Notes: a model not told the origin generated them from the sequence alone. A DNA stretch of 64,000 nt from Candidatus Omnitrophota bacterium (GCA_044225175.1 JBGAJA010000002.1:600991-664990); one strand, 5' to 3'; counted from the stretch's first letter, positions 49,716-59,720 are shown. Translations and numbers: made by a program.

Positions 49716-50062
49716 TGAAAATTTCAACTTTAATTTTGTGTATAGCCTTAAGCATGCTTTTAGGCTGTCAAACCAATCGTCCTAAACCAGCTTCGCAAAC
49801 TGAAACAACTTCACAAATTGTTTCTGCTCTTGGAACAGTAACCGAGGGGCTGACAAATCAAAATATAGACCAAAAGGATTTGAGAAATTTAGCAGTTCAA
49901 GTTCAGAAGGACCCTAATACTAAATCTGCTGTTGAATCTATTAATCAAGCTTTGAGTGCTCAGCAAAAAGGGGTGAAATATTGTCCAGTCGATGGACAGC
50001 GTTTTAGTTCGTCTGTTGATATCTGTCCTATTCATAAGGTGAAATTAAAATTGGTTGAGTAG
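49712..50062 (+). CDS. Small lipoprotein, function unknown
   Basis: Lipobox LLGC. C-terminal CPVDG...CPIHK Cys pairs. Confidence 0.45.
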   Translation: MMKISTLILCIALSMLLGCQTNRPKPASQTETTSQIVSALGTVTEGLTNQNIDQKDLRNLAVQVQKDPNTKSAVESINQALSAQQKGVKYCPVDGQRFSSSVDICPIHKVKLKLVE

Positions 50063-50669
50063 AGACGCATTGCAATGCGTCTCTACAATTAATAAAGATA
50101 TGTCCCTAACCTTTGCCAACAAAGTCACCATCGGTCGCATTTTACTTGTGCCATTTTTTATTGCCACCGTCTTGTCCTTTTCTCCTGAACGATCATATTT
50201 ACGCTGGATAGCTTTAGGTCTTTTTTTAATCGCTGTTATCTCAGATATCATTGATGGATATATCGCACGTACTTTTCATCAAAAAACTAAGGCTGGGGCC
50301 ATTCTTGATCCATTGGCAGATAAAGTACTTTTGATCAGTGCTTTCATTTGTCTATATATTCGTCGAGGAAGCTTTGAAGAATTTGTTTTTCCTTTGTGGT
50401 TTGTGGTTGCTATTATCAGCCGGGATATGATTCTTATTTTGGGGGCTAGTATTGTTCAGTTAATGACAGGCAGATTAGACATTGCAGCCAATCGATCAGG
50501 CAAAATTACTGCCTTTTTACAAATTGTTTGTATTCTAGGAATGCTTTTACAGTGGAAGATTACTGAAGTATTTTGGTATTTAGCTCTTATAGCAACCATT
50601 GTTTCGGGAATCATCTATATTAAGAAAGGGATCCAAGCTATCAATGGACATAGTTCTATTTCTCGTTAG
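50055..50669 (+). CDS. pgsA: CDP-diacylglycerol--glycerol-3-phosphate 3-phosphatidyltransferase (CDP-alcohol phosphatidyltransferase family)
   Basis: DIIDGYIARTFHQKTKAGAILDPLADKV is the CDP-OH phosphotransferase motif; multiple TM helices. Confidence 0.8.
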   Translation: MSRDALQCVSTINKDMSLTFANKVTIGRILLVPFFIATVLSFSPERSYLRWIALGLFLIAVISDIIDGYIARTFHQKTKAGAILDPLADKVLLISAFICLYIRRGSFEEFVFPLWFVVAIISRDMILILGASIVQLMTGRLDIAANRSGKITAFLQIVCILGMLLQWKITEVFWYLALIATIVSGIIYIKKGIQAINGHSSISR

Positions 50670-51273
50670 TTTAGTTGTGACCTATTTAATTGGGGCAATT
50701 CCTACGGCCTATATTTTTGGGCGCATTTTGAAGAAAATTGACATTCGTCAGCACGGTTCTGGAAATGTGGGAGCCACCAATGCCTTTCGTGTCTTAGGGA
50801 AAGTCCCTGGAACAGCAGTGCTATTAATTGACATCGTTAAGGGAATTATTCCAACAACAATTATTGCTAATTTAACTGGCTTTAATAGTCCTTGGATGTT
50901 GGTTATTTATGGAATGGTAGCTGTTGCTGCTCATAATTGGACCGTATTTTTGAATTTTAAAGGCGGCAAGGGAATTGCAACGAGCCTGGGAGTGCTTATT
51001 GGTTTGGCCATTCAAATCCCTGGTTTGCGTATTGTTCTTTTGGTAGTTTTGGGTGTTTGGTTGGCTGTTTTCTTAGCTTCGGGCTATGTTTCTTTGGCCT
51101 CTATCTTTGCGGCCTTGGCTTTACCGATTTGCATGGTCATGATTGATGCCCCCTTTGTATTTAAAATCATGTCTATCATTCTGTGTGTTTTTATAGTTTT
51201 TCGTCATTATGCCAATATCAAACGTCTATTCCAGGGCAAAGAAAACCGCGTCAAGCTTCCGTATTTAAAGTAA
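50644..51273 (+). CDS. plsY: Glycerol-3-phosphate acyltransferase PlsY
   Basis: GSGNVGATNAFRVLGK and NFKGGKGIAT. The ORF track start at 50599 overlaps pgsA by 71 nt. The ATG at 50644 (MDIVLFLVS...) gives the typical PlsY N-terminus. Confidence 0.85.
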   Translation: MDIVLFLVSLVVTYLIGAIPTAYIFGRILKKIDIRQHGSGNVGATNAFRVLGKVPGTAVLLIDIVKGIIPTTIIANLTGFNSPWMLVIYGMVAVAAHNWTVFLNFKGGKGIATSLGVLIGLAIQIPGLRIVLLVVLGVWLAVFLASGYVSLASIFAALALPICMVMIDAPFVFKIMSIILCVFIVFRHYANIKRLFQGKENRVKLPYLK

Positions 51274-51461
51274 CGAATCCCCTCTTCTTTTTAGGTCGAT
51301 TTAATAATAATTTTTTTATTATTTGGTGTCTTTTAAGCTATTTTATATATGGGAAACGCTTTCTCATAATAGGGTAGATTGCCTGGTTTTCGACTTGACA
51401 GGTGGTATACTTCAAGTAAGAGGGAAAAACAGAAATCAATACACAGCTATGGAAAGGTCCC

Positions 51462-51812
51462 ATGAAAGACATACTGCATAAAACGAACGAAATATTAAAG
51501 GGTAAGGGCAAAAGAATATTGATTGAAGAACATTCTCAAGATAAAGAGTGTGTTTCAAATATACGTAAAAACTTCTTATACCTTGCTAAAGAGGTAGATT
51601 TTCAAGAAGACCCATGTGTGCCGGAGGTGCGTGTACGTAAGTCTTATGATAGTTTAAATCGCAATGAGAAGTTTTGCATGAGGGTTAAAGGGTTCTTCTA
51701 TATTAATCGCAATCGACGCCTCATTAAGGTGGGGTATCATCATACGTTGAAGATCTTGTTGCACTGGAAGTCAGCTATTGTTTCTCCAAGTAAATCGGTG
51801 TCATTGGCCTAG
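51462..51812 (+). CDS. Hypothetical small basic protein (116 aa); coding status uncertain
   Basis: An open frame downstream of plsY with no recognisable motif. Confidence 0.25.
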   Translation: MKDILHKTNEILKGKGKRILIEEHSQDKECVSNIRKNFLYLAKEVDFQEDPCVPEVRVRKSYDSLNRNEKFCMRVKGFFYINRNRRLIKVGYHHTLKILLHWKSAIVSPSKSVSLA

Positions 51813-51837
51813 GAAACCATCCCGATGTATATGGGCA

Positions 51838-51873
51838 AAAAGCTTCATTCTAAAAAGGAATGAGGCTTTTTTG
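51838..51873. terminator. Bidirectional hairpin terminator between the convergent small ORF and the GT2 gene
   Basis: AGCTTCATTC, loop TAAAAAG, GAATGAGGCT (one mismatch), then TTTTTTG. T-runs follow on both strands. Confidence 0.45.
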
Positions 51874-51877
51874 TTGA

Positions 51878-53548
51878 TCACTTCTTTTTGCGGTTTCTTT
51901 TGCCTTTATCGCTCACCCAGAATTCCAGATATTTTCCAAACATTAATCGAGTCTGAGCGTCTAAAGCGGGGAGGGCGCTTAAGAAAACCAAGATAAAAGG
52001 AATGAGTAACCATTCTAAGGCATGGCCAATTTTGACTAGGAAAGGGTATCGTACATCAGCTTTAGGAAGAAGGGCAATGCTTAGAATCACAGAGGTAATT
52101 AAGCACAAGGATGCAAGATTAAAGATGATACTTGAGATTTGAGGGATATTGTAATAAACCACGGAAGAAGCAAATTCATGGCGTGCAAAGACAATCGTCA
52201 GCCAGCCTTCAAAAGTCAGAATAAACCCCCATGTAGCCCAAGACCAATGGCCTTCCAGCAATTTAAACGCATGTCGAATTTTATCCCAGACAGGGATTCT
52301 TTTGTTGTAGATAAATGCTCGTAGAACTAATGGAATATTTTCGACCCCCCAAGCCCAGCGGCGTTTTTGTTTATAGACGCTTTTAACTGTCTCCCACCAA
52401 TTCTTGGCGCTCACAATGTCCATAGAAAGTGTGACATACATAGGGATAACTTGATATTTTCCGTCATAGTGAATGTAACATTTCCAAAAAATGGCAGAAT
52501 CATCTGAAATCATGTCCACAGGCCAATAATCTACATCAACGAGGGCTTTAAAACTCATGCTATGGGAAGAAAATGTCACAAGTTTCTCAGGATTCGTTGC
52601 TTCAATCAATTGAAAGAAGGATGATCCACTTTCGATGACTCGGGCGAACCCTGGGACATGCCAAATATTATTATGATACACAGGAATTGGTTGGAAACTG
52701 CAGCGCTGGCGTTCTGGGGTAATCATAAAGTGGTAGGTTAGACAAGCAAAGTAGTTTTTATCCACAACCGTATCTGCATCAAAGCAGGAGACTATGACAT
52801 TCTCAAAGAGAATATTTCGTTGGTTCAGGTACTCGGTGGCTTTTTTAGCTGCGTATGTCACATTGGCGCCCTTGACTCTGGCCTCTCCAGGAATATCGCT
52901 TGGATGAAGAACGCTCATACAATCATAAAAGAAAGATTTATATTTGTTTTCGATTTCAAAGACTCCATCTTTGATGTTTTGAGCGGCACGTTCTTCTAGG
53001 GCAAACACAATAATAATTTGTTTAGAAGAAAATTGTTGGTCCTTGATGGCCCGAATGGCGGGTTCAATAACCTCATGAGATTCTTTGATAATGGGGAAAA
53101 TGACCAGATGATAAATATCATTGGATAAGGCAGATAAATTCTTACTATCTTTAAGTTTTTTTAGTGATTGGTAGTGGACCCAAAGAGGATAAGACTTTTT
53201 TGAGGCAGGAACTTTATGAGGTTTTCCTAGAATAATATCATCGACTTCCTGGACTCTTTTTATCCATTTTGTTTCATTTTCCATATGTAAACGCATATAG
53301 GAAAGGACCAGAAATAACGTCAAATAAAGAAGTCTAAGAAGCCAGCAAAGATAAAAGGAAATGGTGATGATCGCTGCAGTAAATGGAAAAAATATTGCAA
53401 GAAAAGCCATAGCTAACAATGTCATCCAGCTAAGAAATCCAGGAAGTATTTCCAATCTTCTTTGCCAGATAGCATCTTTGGGTTTTAGATTCTCTTTTGA
53501 ATAATTAAAACGCATGATTAACTTCCTTGAGTCTAAGTTTATCCGCAA
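51878..53548 (-). CDS. Processive family-2 glycosyltransferase (cellulose/chitin/hyaluronan-synthase-like), integral membrane
   Basis: N-terminal and C-terminal TM bundles flank a GT-A domain with the DAD motif (VIVSCFDADTVVD), ED motifs and QKRRWAWG (the QxxRW processivity motif). Start-codon choice (53548 or 53515) is ambiguous. Confidence 0.8.
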   Translation of the reverse strand: MRINLDSRKLIMRFNYSKENLKPKDAIWQRRLEILPGFLSWMTLLAMAFLAIFFPFTAAIITISFYLCWLLRLLYLTLFLVLSYMRLHMENETKWIKRVQEVDDIILGKPHKVPASKKSYPLWVHYQSLKKLKDSKNLSALSNDIYHLVIFPIIKESHEVIEPAIRAIKDQQFSSKQIIIVFALEERAAQNIKDGVFEIENKYKSFFYDCMSVLHPSDIPGEARVKGANVTYAAKKATEYLNQRNILFENVIVSCFDADTVVDKNYFACLTYHFMITPERQRCSFQPIPVYHNNIWHVPGFARVIESGSSFFQLIEATNPEKLVTFSSHSMSFKALVDVDYWPVDMISDDSAIFWKCYIHYDGKYQVIPMYVTLSMDIVSAKNWWETVKSVYKQKRRWAWGVENIPLVLRAFIYNKRIPVWDKIRHAFKLLEGHWSWATWGFILTFEGWLTIVFARHEFASSVVYYNIPQISSIIFNLASLCLITSVILSIALLPKADVRYPFLVKIGHALEWLLIPFILVFLSALPALDAQTRLMFGKYLEFWVSDKGKRNRKKK

Positions 53549-54773
53549 TCACTTGTGGGGTTAAAGGAATTTGTCTCAGAATTTGGACGCTAGCAAGTAA
53601 GCTTTCTTGTGGCTCAATAAAATAAATTCTTCCTGTCTTCTCATTGTAGAAGAACGAAGTGTCAGATCGAATATTGGTGATTTTTTGTATTCGATTGGTA
53701 CCAAACATTTCTTTATCCAATAGAAAGACCTCATTGTTGTCTTTAAACAATACATTGGAGGCATTATTGGCCCAGAAAGCTTGAGAAATGTTATGTCCTT
53801 TTTGGAAAAGCCAACGCAAAGACTTTTGACTATTGTCCCACATGCCGATTTTGGTAGGGGTGAAAATGAGAAGAGAGTTTTTATTCTCGTCACCAATAGT
53901 TCCTTTAAAGTTCATTAATTTAAATGAGGATTTCTTGGAAAGAGGAATCTCTTTGGCGGCAATATCCGGAAAGATTGCTTTGGCTTTAATATCAATACGG
54001 TTGGTTTGAGTTGGGTAGTATACATAAATGATTTTCTCTTCATTAGCCTCCCACCAGAGTTTAGCAGGCTCCATGGGGATTAAATCGCTAATATCTTCAA
54101 CATGGATTTGTTTGTCCCTGGCATCAATCCATAAATATTTATCCTTTGTCTCCATAAGAATATGGATGATAAAAAATGGACTCTTAGGTACAGTAAAGAA
54201 ATTGATAATCTGTCCTTCGCTATAAATGAATTCTTCGGGTAAGAGTTTGGATACCAATGAGGAGTCAATCTGAACGCTGTTATCTTCTGATGAAGCTTTG
54301 TTGAGTCGAAGAAGGTAAAGGTCTTTGATCGTTTGTTTGTTCCACATTAAAAGGGCGCTTTCATCTCCAACGGCTTGGATATGTTCAAAATGAATAGGGC
54401 TAAGTGGTCTAATTAGCCATTGGGGAGGTGTTAAAAGAATGTTTTCAAGGACAGTTGCTTTACGAGCAACAACGGGAATTATATTGTCCCAGTTTTGATA
54501 ACCTTTGAGTTTCAAGATCACCTTATAATCATTGGGAGTCAGATCGCGAATCATGGTTGGGGTTGTTTCATTGGCTAAGTTCTCATTAATGAAGACTTGA
54601 GCTCCAGGAGGGTTAGTTGAGACGTAAATAATGCCTGTCTTGACGAATTGATGTCTTTGGGGATTATAGACGAATCCCATGAGTCGAAGGATGAGTAAGG
54701 GGCAGACAACCAAATAAATAGCTGCAAAAATGTAGAAGAATATTTTTCTTAGAGTGGGCATAAACGTCGTCAA
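53505..54773 (-). CDS. Membrane-anchored PEGA-domain protein, co-operonic with the GT2 synthase
   Basis: N-terminal TM IFFYIFAAIYLVVCPLLILRLMGF, then a PEGA-like beta domain (GIIYVSTNPPGAQVFINENLANETTP...DYKVILKLKGYQNW), then a large periplasmic domain of unknown fold. It overlaps the GT2 start. Confidence 0.55.
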   Translation of the reverse strand: MTTFMPTLRKIFFYIFAAIYLVVCPLLILRLMGFVYNPQRHQFVKTGIIYVSTNPPGAQVFINENLANETTPTMIRDLTPNDYKVILKLKGYQNWDNIIPVVARKATVLENILLTPPQWLIRPLSPIHFEHIQAVGDESALLMWNKQTIKDLYLLRLNKASSEDNSVQIDSSLVSKLLPEEFIYSEGQIINFFTVPKSPFFIIHILMETKDKYLWIDARDKQIHVEDISDLIPMEPAKLWWEANEEKIIYVYYPTQTNRIDIKAKAIFPDIAAKEIPLSKKSSFKLMNFKGTIGDENKNSLLIFTPTKIGMWDNSQKSLRWLFQKGHNISQAFWANNASNVLFKDNNEVFLLDKEMFGTNRIQKITNIRSDTSFFYNEKTGRIYFIEPQESLLASVQILRQIPLTPQVIADKLRLKEVNHAF

Positions 54774-54868
54774 TCTTAAATCAACATATCGAATAAGTCA
54801 ATTAAAGGAATTAGAGGCTGCTTGACATATTACTTAGCTTATGCTAATTTTTAGCGGGGGTTAACTAT

Positions 54869-55309
54869 ATGTCTACTGTTAAACGTCAACAAACAGCTAA
54901 AGCAATTTCGGTCCTCATTCCTCATATTGTCCAAGGGGCGCATTTAGGTGTGTTTGTCAGCCGCTCAATCACACAAACTCAATTCTTGATCCTTGTATGC
55001 CTGCATTCCAAGGGGATCTGTACTATGGGAGATATTGCTTCCCATTTGAAGGTCAGTATGCCGACCGTAACGGGCTTGATTAATCGCTTGGTTGAAGCTA
55101 AATACATTAAACGAATTCCAGATCCTAAAGACCGCCGTCAAGTTATGATTGGCCTCACACCGAAAGCACATACATTTCTAAAACAATTTCAGACAATTAT
55201 TGCTCAGCGCTGGATGGAGGTTCTAAGTATCTTAGATACAAAAGAGCTAGACCATTTTCATTCGATAATTCATAAACTAAATGATTCATTGGAGAAGCAA
55301 AGAACATGA
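54869..55309 (+). CDS. MarR-family transcriptional regulator
   Basis: Winged helix-turn-helix: TQFLILVCLHSKGICTMGDIASHLKVSMPTVTGLINRLVEAKYIKR...DRRQVMIGLT. Confidence 0.8.
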   Translation: MSTVKRQQTAKAISVLIPHIVQGAHLGVFVSRSITQTQFLILVCLHSKGICTMGDIASHLKVSMPTVTGLINRLVEAKYIKRIPDPKDRRQVMIGLTPKAHTFLKQFQTIIAQRWMEVLSILDTKELDHFHSIIHKLNDSLEKQRT

Positions 55310-56601
55310 GAGTTTTTTTGTCTGTTTTAATTTTTGTCTGGAGTGTGTCCAGTCTTAAGGCCCAAGAGCCGCTTCATTTAAGTCTACATGATGCAGTTGA
55401 TTTAGCTGCAAAGCAAAATCTTCAAGTACTAGCTGCCAACAAACGTGTTCTTCAATCGATGGCTAATATCTCAATTAATAAAGCTGCACTCATGCCGCAA
55501 GTGACAGGTGTGTTTGGAGGAAAAAGACAAACGATTGACACAAGATCATCTGGTATTCAATTTTCAGGCGATCCTCATATAGGACCATTTAATAGTTTTG
55601 ATGCAAGAGGAGAGTTGACCCTCGCTATTTTTGATCCAGAAGCACTCGCTCGTTTGCGGTCAGCAAGAGCAGCAGGGAGACTTTCAAAAGCCCAGACGGT
55701 GAAGGTGAAACAAGATTTATTGGCCCTCGTTGGAGCCATGTATCTGGAAGCCAAAAGGGCAAAAGAGAATATTGATGTAAACAAGATTACTCTTCAAGAA
55801 GCACAGATGCAGTTTCGAGTTTTCGAAACACGTTTTAAGCAAGGATTAGCTTCTGAGTCTGAACTTCAAAAAGCAAAAGTTGACTTGTCTCGTGCAGAGT
55901 ATTCTTATGAGTCTTCTCTCATTAGATCTAAAGAAAAGAATTTGGATTTGGCATCTGCTTTGAATCTTCCTTTGGATCAACAAATAGTTTTTGATGAGGA
56001 TTACAGTGAGCTCACCAAAGAATTGCAAGAGGCAACGCTTTCAGCGGATGTTCTAGTTGCCCAAGGTCAATTAGAGCAAACTCGAGCAGAAGCCCTTCAA
56101 ACTCAAAGACAGTTATTTCCTAAGGTTATAGCTGCTGGTGATTATGGACGAGAGGGAGAGTCCTTTGAACGTTCAAGCAATACATATAGCCTTGGAGTAA
56201 TGATGAAGGTCCCTATTTGGCAAGGTGGAGAAACTCAGGCTCAGATCAAGCAAGCTCAATTGAAGACCCAAGAAGACGAGATTCTGCTTCAAGATGCCAA
56301 GAGTCAAAGTGAAGTCACTTTGAGAAAGGCTAAAGAGCATTTAGTCCAAGCCAAACTCTTTGTTAAATCAACCAATGAGGAGATGCTGTATAACAAATAT
56401 CAGTTGAACATCATTCAAGGTCTTCTGAAATCTGGGCAAGCCAATGAATTGGATGTTGTTCGTTATGAATCCATCTATGCAGCATCTTTAGATCAAAATC
56501 TTGAGGCTCAAGCGTTCTTTTGGACTGCAAAAATCAATTTGGCACATGCCTTAGGAAAGATTGAAGAGATTTTTTCCGCCAATCAGGAGAAACAAAAATG
56601 A
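55306..56601 (+). CDS. TolC-like outer-membrane efflux protein (OEP family)
   Basis: Signal peptide, two repeated coiled-coil/beta OEP halves, 431 aa; translationally coupled to the downstream HlyD and ABC genes. Confidence 0.75.
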   Translation: MRVFLSVLIFVWSVSSLKAQEPLHLSLHDAVDLAAKQNLQVLAANKRVLQSMANISINKAALMPQVTGVFGGKRQTIDTRSSGIQFSGDPHIGPFNSFDARGELTLAIFDPEALARLRSARAAGRLSKAQTVKVKQDLLALVGAMYLEAKRAKENIDVNKITLQEAQMQFRVFETRFKQGLASESELQKAKVDLSRAEYSYESSLIRSKEKNLDLASALNLPLDQQIVFDEDYSELTKELQEATLSADVLVAQGQLEQTRAEALQTQRQLFPKVIAAGDYGREGESFERSSNTYSLGVMMKVPIWQGGETQAQIKQAQLKTQEDEILLQDAKSQSEVTLRKAKEHLVQAKLFVKSTNEEMLYNKYQLNIIQGLLKSGQANELDVVRYESIYAASLDQNLEAQAFFWTAKINLAHALGKIEEIFSANQEKQK

Positions 56602-57275
56602 AGACATTATTTGTGATTACGTTAAGTTTATTTTTGATGACGGGTTGTTCAAAGAAGAATGATGTTTATAGTACCAATTATTCAGGCACATTGGAATTAA
56701 CAGAGCATGTCTTAGGAGCCAAGCTTCCTGGAAGGCTTACAACTTTAACTGTCAAAGAAGGTGACTTAGTTAAGGCTTCTCAACTTTTAGCAACCTTAGA
56801 TCATTATGAACAAGCCAAGAAAGATTTAGAGCGTACTCAAGAGTTATTTAAGAGTGGTGGCGCTACAGCCCAGGCTGTTGAATATGCTCAGCTGACTCTA
56901 CAAGATCAACAAATTGTTTCTCCTATTGATGGGGTTGTTTTAGTAAAAGCTGCTGATATTGGTGAAATGCTGCAGGCAGGAGCTGGGGTGCTTGTCATTG
57001 GGAACCCTCAAGAGCAATGGATCAAGGTTTTCTTGCCTGAAGGTTTGATGGGACAAGTCAAATTAGGACAAAAAACATCCATTCGTGTGGATGGTATTGA
57101 TAAAGCTTATGAAGGGCATGTGAGTTTCATTGGGACCAAAGGAGAATTCACCCCCCGCAATTTGCAATCCAAAGAAGATCGTATGACTCAGGTCTTTGCT
57201 CTAAAGGTTGTTGTGGATCATCCCGATGAAAGTATTCATCCTGGAGTTTCAGCCCAAGTGGAGTTTAAGAAATGA
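56598..57275 (+). CDS. HlyD-family periplasmic adaptor (membrane fusion protein), lipoprotein
   Basis: Lipobox LMTGC. Biotinyl/lipoyl-like hairpin ATLDHYE...IVSPIDGVV. A short 225-aa adaptor. Confidence 0.7.
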   Translation: MKTLFVITLSLFLMTGCSKKNDVYSTNYSGTLELTEHVLGAKLPGRLTTLTVKEGDLVKASQLLATLDHYEQAKKDLERTQELFKSGGATAQAVEYAQLTLQDQQIVSPIDGVVLVKAADIGEMLQAGAGVLVIGNPQEQWIKVFLPEGLMGQVKLGQKTSIRVDGIDKAYEGHVSFIGTKGEFTPRNLQSKEDRMTQVFALKVVVDHPDESIHPGVSAQVEFKK

Positions 57276-58006
57276 GTAATGTAGCAATTGAAGCCAAGGA
57301 ATTGACGCGAAAGTTTGGCAAATATACTGTTGTAGATAAGGTCTCATTCACATTACCATATGGGTGTATTTTCGGGTTTCTTGGTGCCAATGGGGCGGGA
57401 AAAAGCACCACCATTCGTATGCTCTGTGGAATTCTAGCTCCTACAAGCGGCTCTGGTAGCGTCGGGGGATTCGATATTAATACCCAGCCAGAGGAAATTA
57501 AAACAGTCATTGGCTATGTGTCCCAGCGTTTTAGCTTGTATTCTGATTTGACAGTTATTGAGAATCTGATGTTTTATGGGCGCGTGTATGGTCTGACGAA
57601 TGATGATTTAAAGAATCGTATCGAAGAGGTCCTTCAAATGACTGGTTTGCATGAATATCGGGAGCGCCTTGCAGGAGAGCTATCTGGAGGTTGGAAACAA
57701 AAGTTAGCTATTGCAAATGGCATCTTGCACAAGCCTCACATTCTTTTTCTTGATGAACCAACTGCAGGGATTGATCCATTATCTCGAAGGTCTATTTGGG
57801 CCTTATTATTTCAATTGGCTAAAGAAGGCACGGCCTTATTTATAACCACCCACTATATGGAAGAAGCAGAGCGCTGCGACACGATTGCTTTTATCAGCCA
57901 GGGTAAACTTTTAAAAGTGGGGCCGCCTTCAGATTTTAAGAAGATCGCCCCAACATTAGATGAGGCCTTTGCGATCCTAGAATCCCAAGGAGCTTACATT
58001 GCGTAA
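57272..58006 (+). CDS. ABC transporter ATP-binding protein (ABC-2 type exporter)
   Basis: Walker A GANGAGKST, Q-loop, signature LSGGWKQKLAIA, Walker B ILFLDEPTAGID, H-loop. Confidence 0.9.
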   Translation: MSNVAIEAKELTRKFGKYTVVDKVSFTLPYGCIFGFLGANGAGKSTTIRMLCGILAPTSGSGSVGGFDINTQPEEIKTVIGYVSQRFSLYSDLTVIENLMFYGRVYGLTNDDLKNRIEEVLQMTGLHEYRERLAGELSGGWKQKLAIANGILHKPHILFLDEPTAGIDPLSRRSIWALLFQLAKEGTALFITTHYMEEAERCDTIAFISQGKLLKVGPPSDFKKIAPTLDEAFAILESQGAYIA

Positions 58007-59102
58007 TATCAAAGCCATTATTGCTAAAGAAATCATTCATATTCTACGTGATCGTAAGACGCTGTTTATGGTCATTTTGATGCCTGTAATGCAGGTGTTG
58101 ATCTATGGGTTTGGGGTCAATACGGATGTGCGTCATTTACGAACCTATGTTTATGATCAAGATCGAACATACTTGAGTCGAAGTTTGGTGGATGCTTTTG
58201 TTCAATCAGAATATTTTAAAATCAGTAAAGATGTCACTTCACTCAAAGATGTTGAAGAGGGAATGAATAAAGGCAAGGCACAGGTAGCAATCATTATTCC
58301 ACCAAATTTCACAGCTGATATTTTAAAGAAAAAAGGTACTCAATTGCAACTATTGATTGATGGCACGGACTCAAACCCGGCGAACGTGGCGTTAAATTCT
58401 AGTCAGTCGATTGTAACAAGCTTCATGCAGACTCAAGGATTCATTCAAGTGCCTGTTATGCCAATCGATTTTCGTCCAAGGCTTTGGTATAACCCAGAAC
58501 TGAAGAGCACCTTTTTTATGCTTCCAGGGTTGATTGCACTCGTGTTACAACTCATTGTTCCTATGATTACGGCAAGTGCCATTGTCCGCGAAAAAGAACG
58601 GGGCAATATTGAACAGCTTTTAGTGACCCCTATTAAACCCTATGAGTTAATTCTAGGTAAGATTATTCCTTACATTGCCATTGGAGTTATAATTGCCAGT
58701 AGTATTGTTATGTCCATGCATTTTATGTTTCAAGTTCCAATCCGTGGCAGCATACTGACTTTATTTACATTAACGCTGTTGTATTTGATTGTCTGTTTAG
58801 GGATAGGATTATGGGCTTCAACGATTTCAGAAAATCAACAGCAAGCTTCTCAAGTTGTCATGTTTTTTGCCATGCCATCCATTTTGCTCTCAGGTTTTAT
58901 ATTCCCAAGAGAAACCATGCCGCTGTGGGTCCATCACATTGGCTATTTTCTTCCTATGACATACTTTTTAACGATTGTTAGGGGAATTATTCTGAAAGGT
59001 ATGAGTTTTCTGGATTTAATCGAACAAATTTGGCCTTTAGTTGTGATGGCTACAGTCGTCATTATTTTGAGTATTAAACGTTTTGGTAAAAGGATTGCTT
59101 AA
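57999..59102 (+). CDS. ABC-2 family transporter permease
   Basis: One N-terminal TM, a periplasmic domain of about 150 aa, then five C-terminal TM helices (ABC-2 architecture). Confidence 0.8.
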   Translation: MRNIKAIIAKEIIHILRDRKTLFMVILMPVMQVLIYGFGVNTDVRHLRTYVYDQDRTYLSRSLVDAFVQSEYFKISKDVTSLKDVEEGMNKGKAQVAIIIPPNFTADILKKKGTQLQLLIDGTDSNPANVALNSSQSIVTSFMQTQGFIQVPVMPIDFRPRLWYNPELKSTFFMLPGLIALVLQLIVPMITASAIVREKERGNIEQLLVTPIKPYELILGKIIPYIAIGVIIASSIVMSMHFMFQVPIRGSILTLFTLTLLYLIVCLGIGLWASTISENQQQASQVVMFFAMPSILLSGFIFPRETMPLWVHHIGYFLPMTYFLTIVRGIILKGMSFLDLIEQIWPLVVMATVVIILSIKRFGKRIA

Positions 59103-59696
59103 TTGAGAAGAATAATCGGTCTGATATTAGTGTGTTGTTTAATTCCGGGCTTAAGTTTGGCGGGATGGAAATTAAAAGGAAATGAATTTCCAGCCAGTTA
59201 TCAAGCCCAACATCGAGAATCATTAGCATTAAGAGGCGTTGGAGTGAAGACCCTATTTATGATGAAAGTCTTCTTAGCTGGTTTGTATTTACCTGCGGCC
59301 AGCCAATCTGCAGATGCTTTAAATCCAGCAGTTTCAAAATATCTCTCTGTGATCTTTTATGCTAAGTTTGCATCCAAAGACTTCGTTGATTTTACGATCA
59401 ACACAATGAAACACAATATTTCAAAAGAAGAATTTCGATCATTGCAGACAGAGTTGAAAGAAATCTCTCGAGTGTTTCCTAATATTAAGTCGGGAGACCA
59501 ATTTTCTATGTCATATGAGGCAGGAATTGGCACGACATTTATTCATAATGGCTATGTGACAGGCTTTATTCCAGGAGAAGTTTTTTCCAAAGCTTTGTTC
59601 TCAACCTGGATGGGTCAAAAGCCTTTCGACTACAAGATTAAAAACCAAATTCTAGGCCTTCCAAGTCATCCGAACCTACGAGGTTCGGGAGGTTAG
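59103..59696 (+). CDS. Chalcone-isomerase-like (CHI-like) secreted/periplasmic protein
   Basis: Signal peptide. LRGVGVKTLFMMKVFLAGLYLP is the CHI-like family hallmark. It belongs to the cfa-like cluster. Confidence 0.7.
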   Translation: MRRIIGLILVCCLIPGLSLAGWKLKGNEFPASYQAQHRESLALRGVGVKTLFMMKVFLAGLYLPAASQSADALNPAVSKYLSVIFYAKFASKDFVDFTINTMKHNISKEEFRSLQTELKEISRVFPNIKSGDQFSMSYEAGIGTTFIHNGYVTGFIPGEVFSKALFSTWMGQKPFDYKIKNQILGLPSHPNLRGSGG

Positions 59697-59720
59697 GTTC
59701 GTAAGCTCAAAGGAGAATAC

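Noticed and set aside
51183-51377. 64-aa ORF overlapping the plsY 3' end
   Set aside because: It is in the wrong frame relative to plsY and has a low-complexity hydrophobic composition.
51778-51996. 72-aa plus-strand ORF overlapping the terminator hairpin and the GT2 gene 3' end
   Set aside because: It is antisense to the GT2 C-terminus and spans a hairpin terminator.
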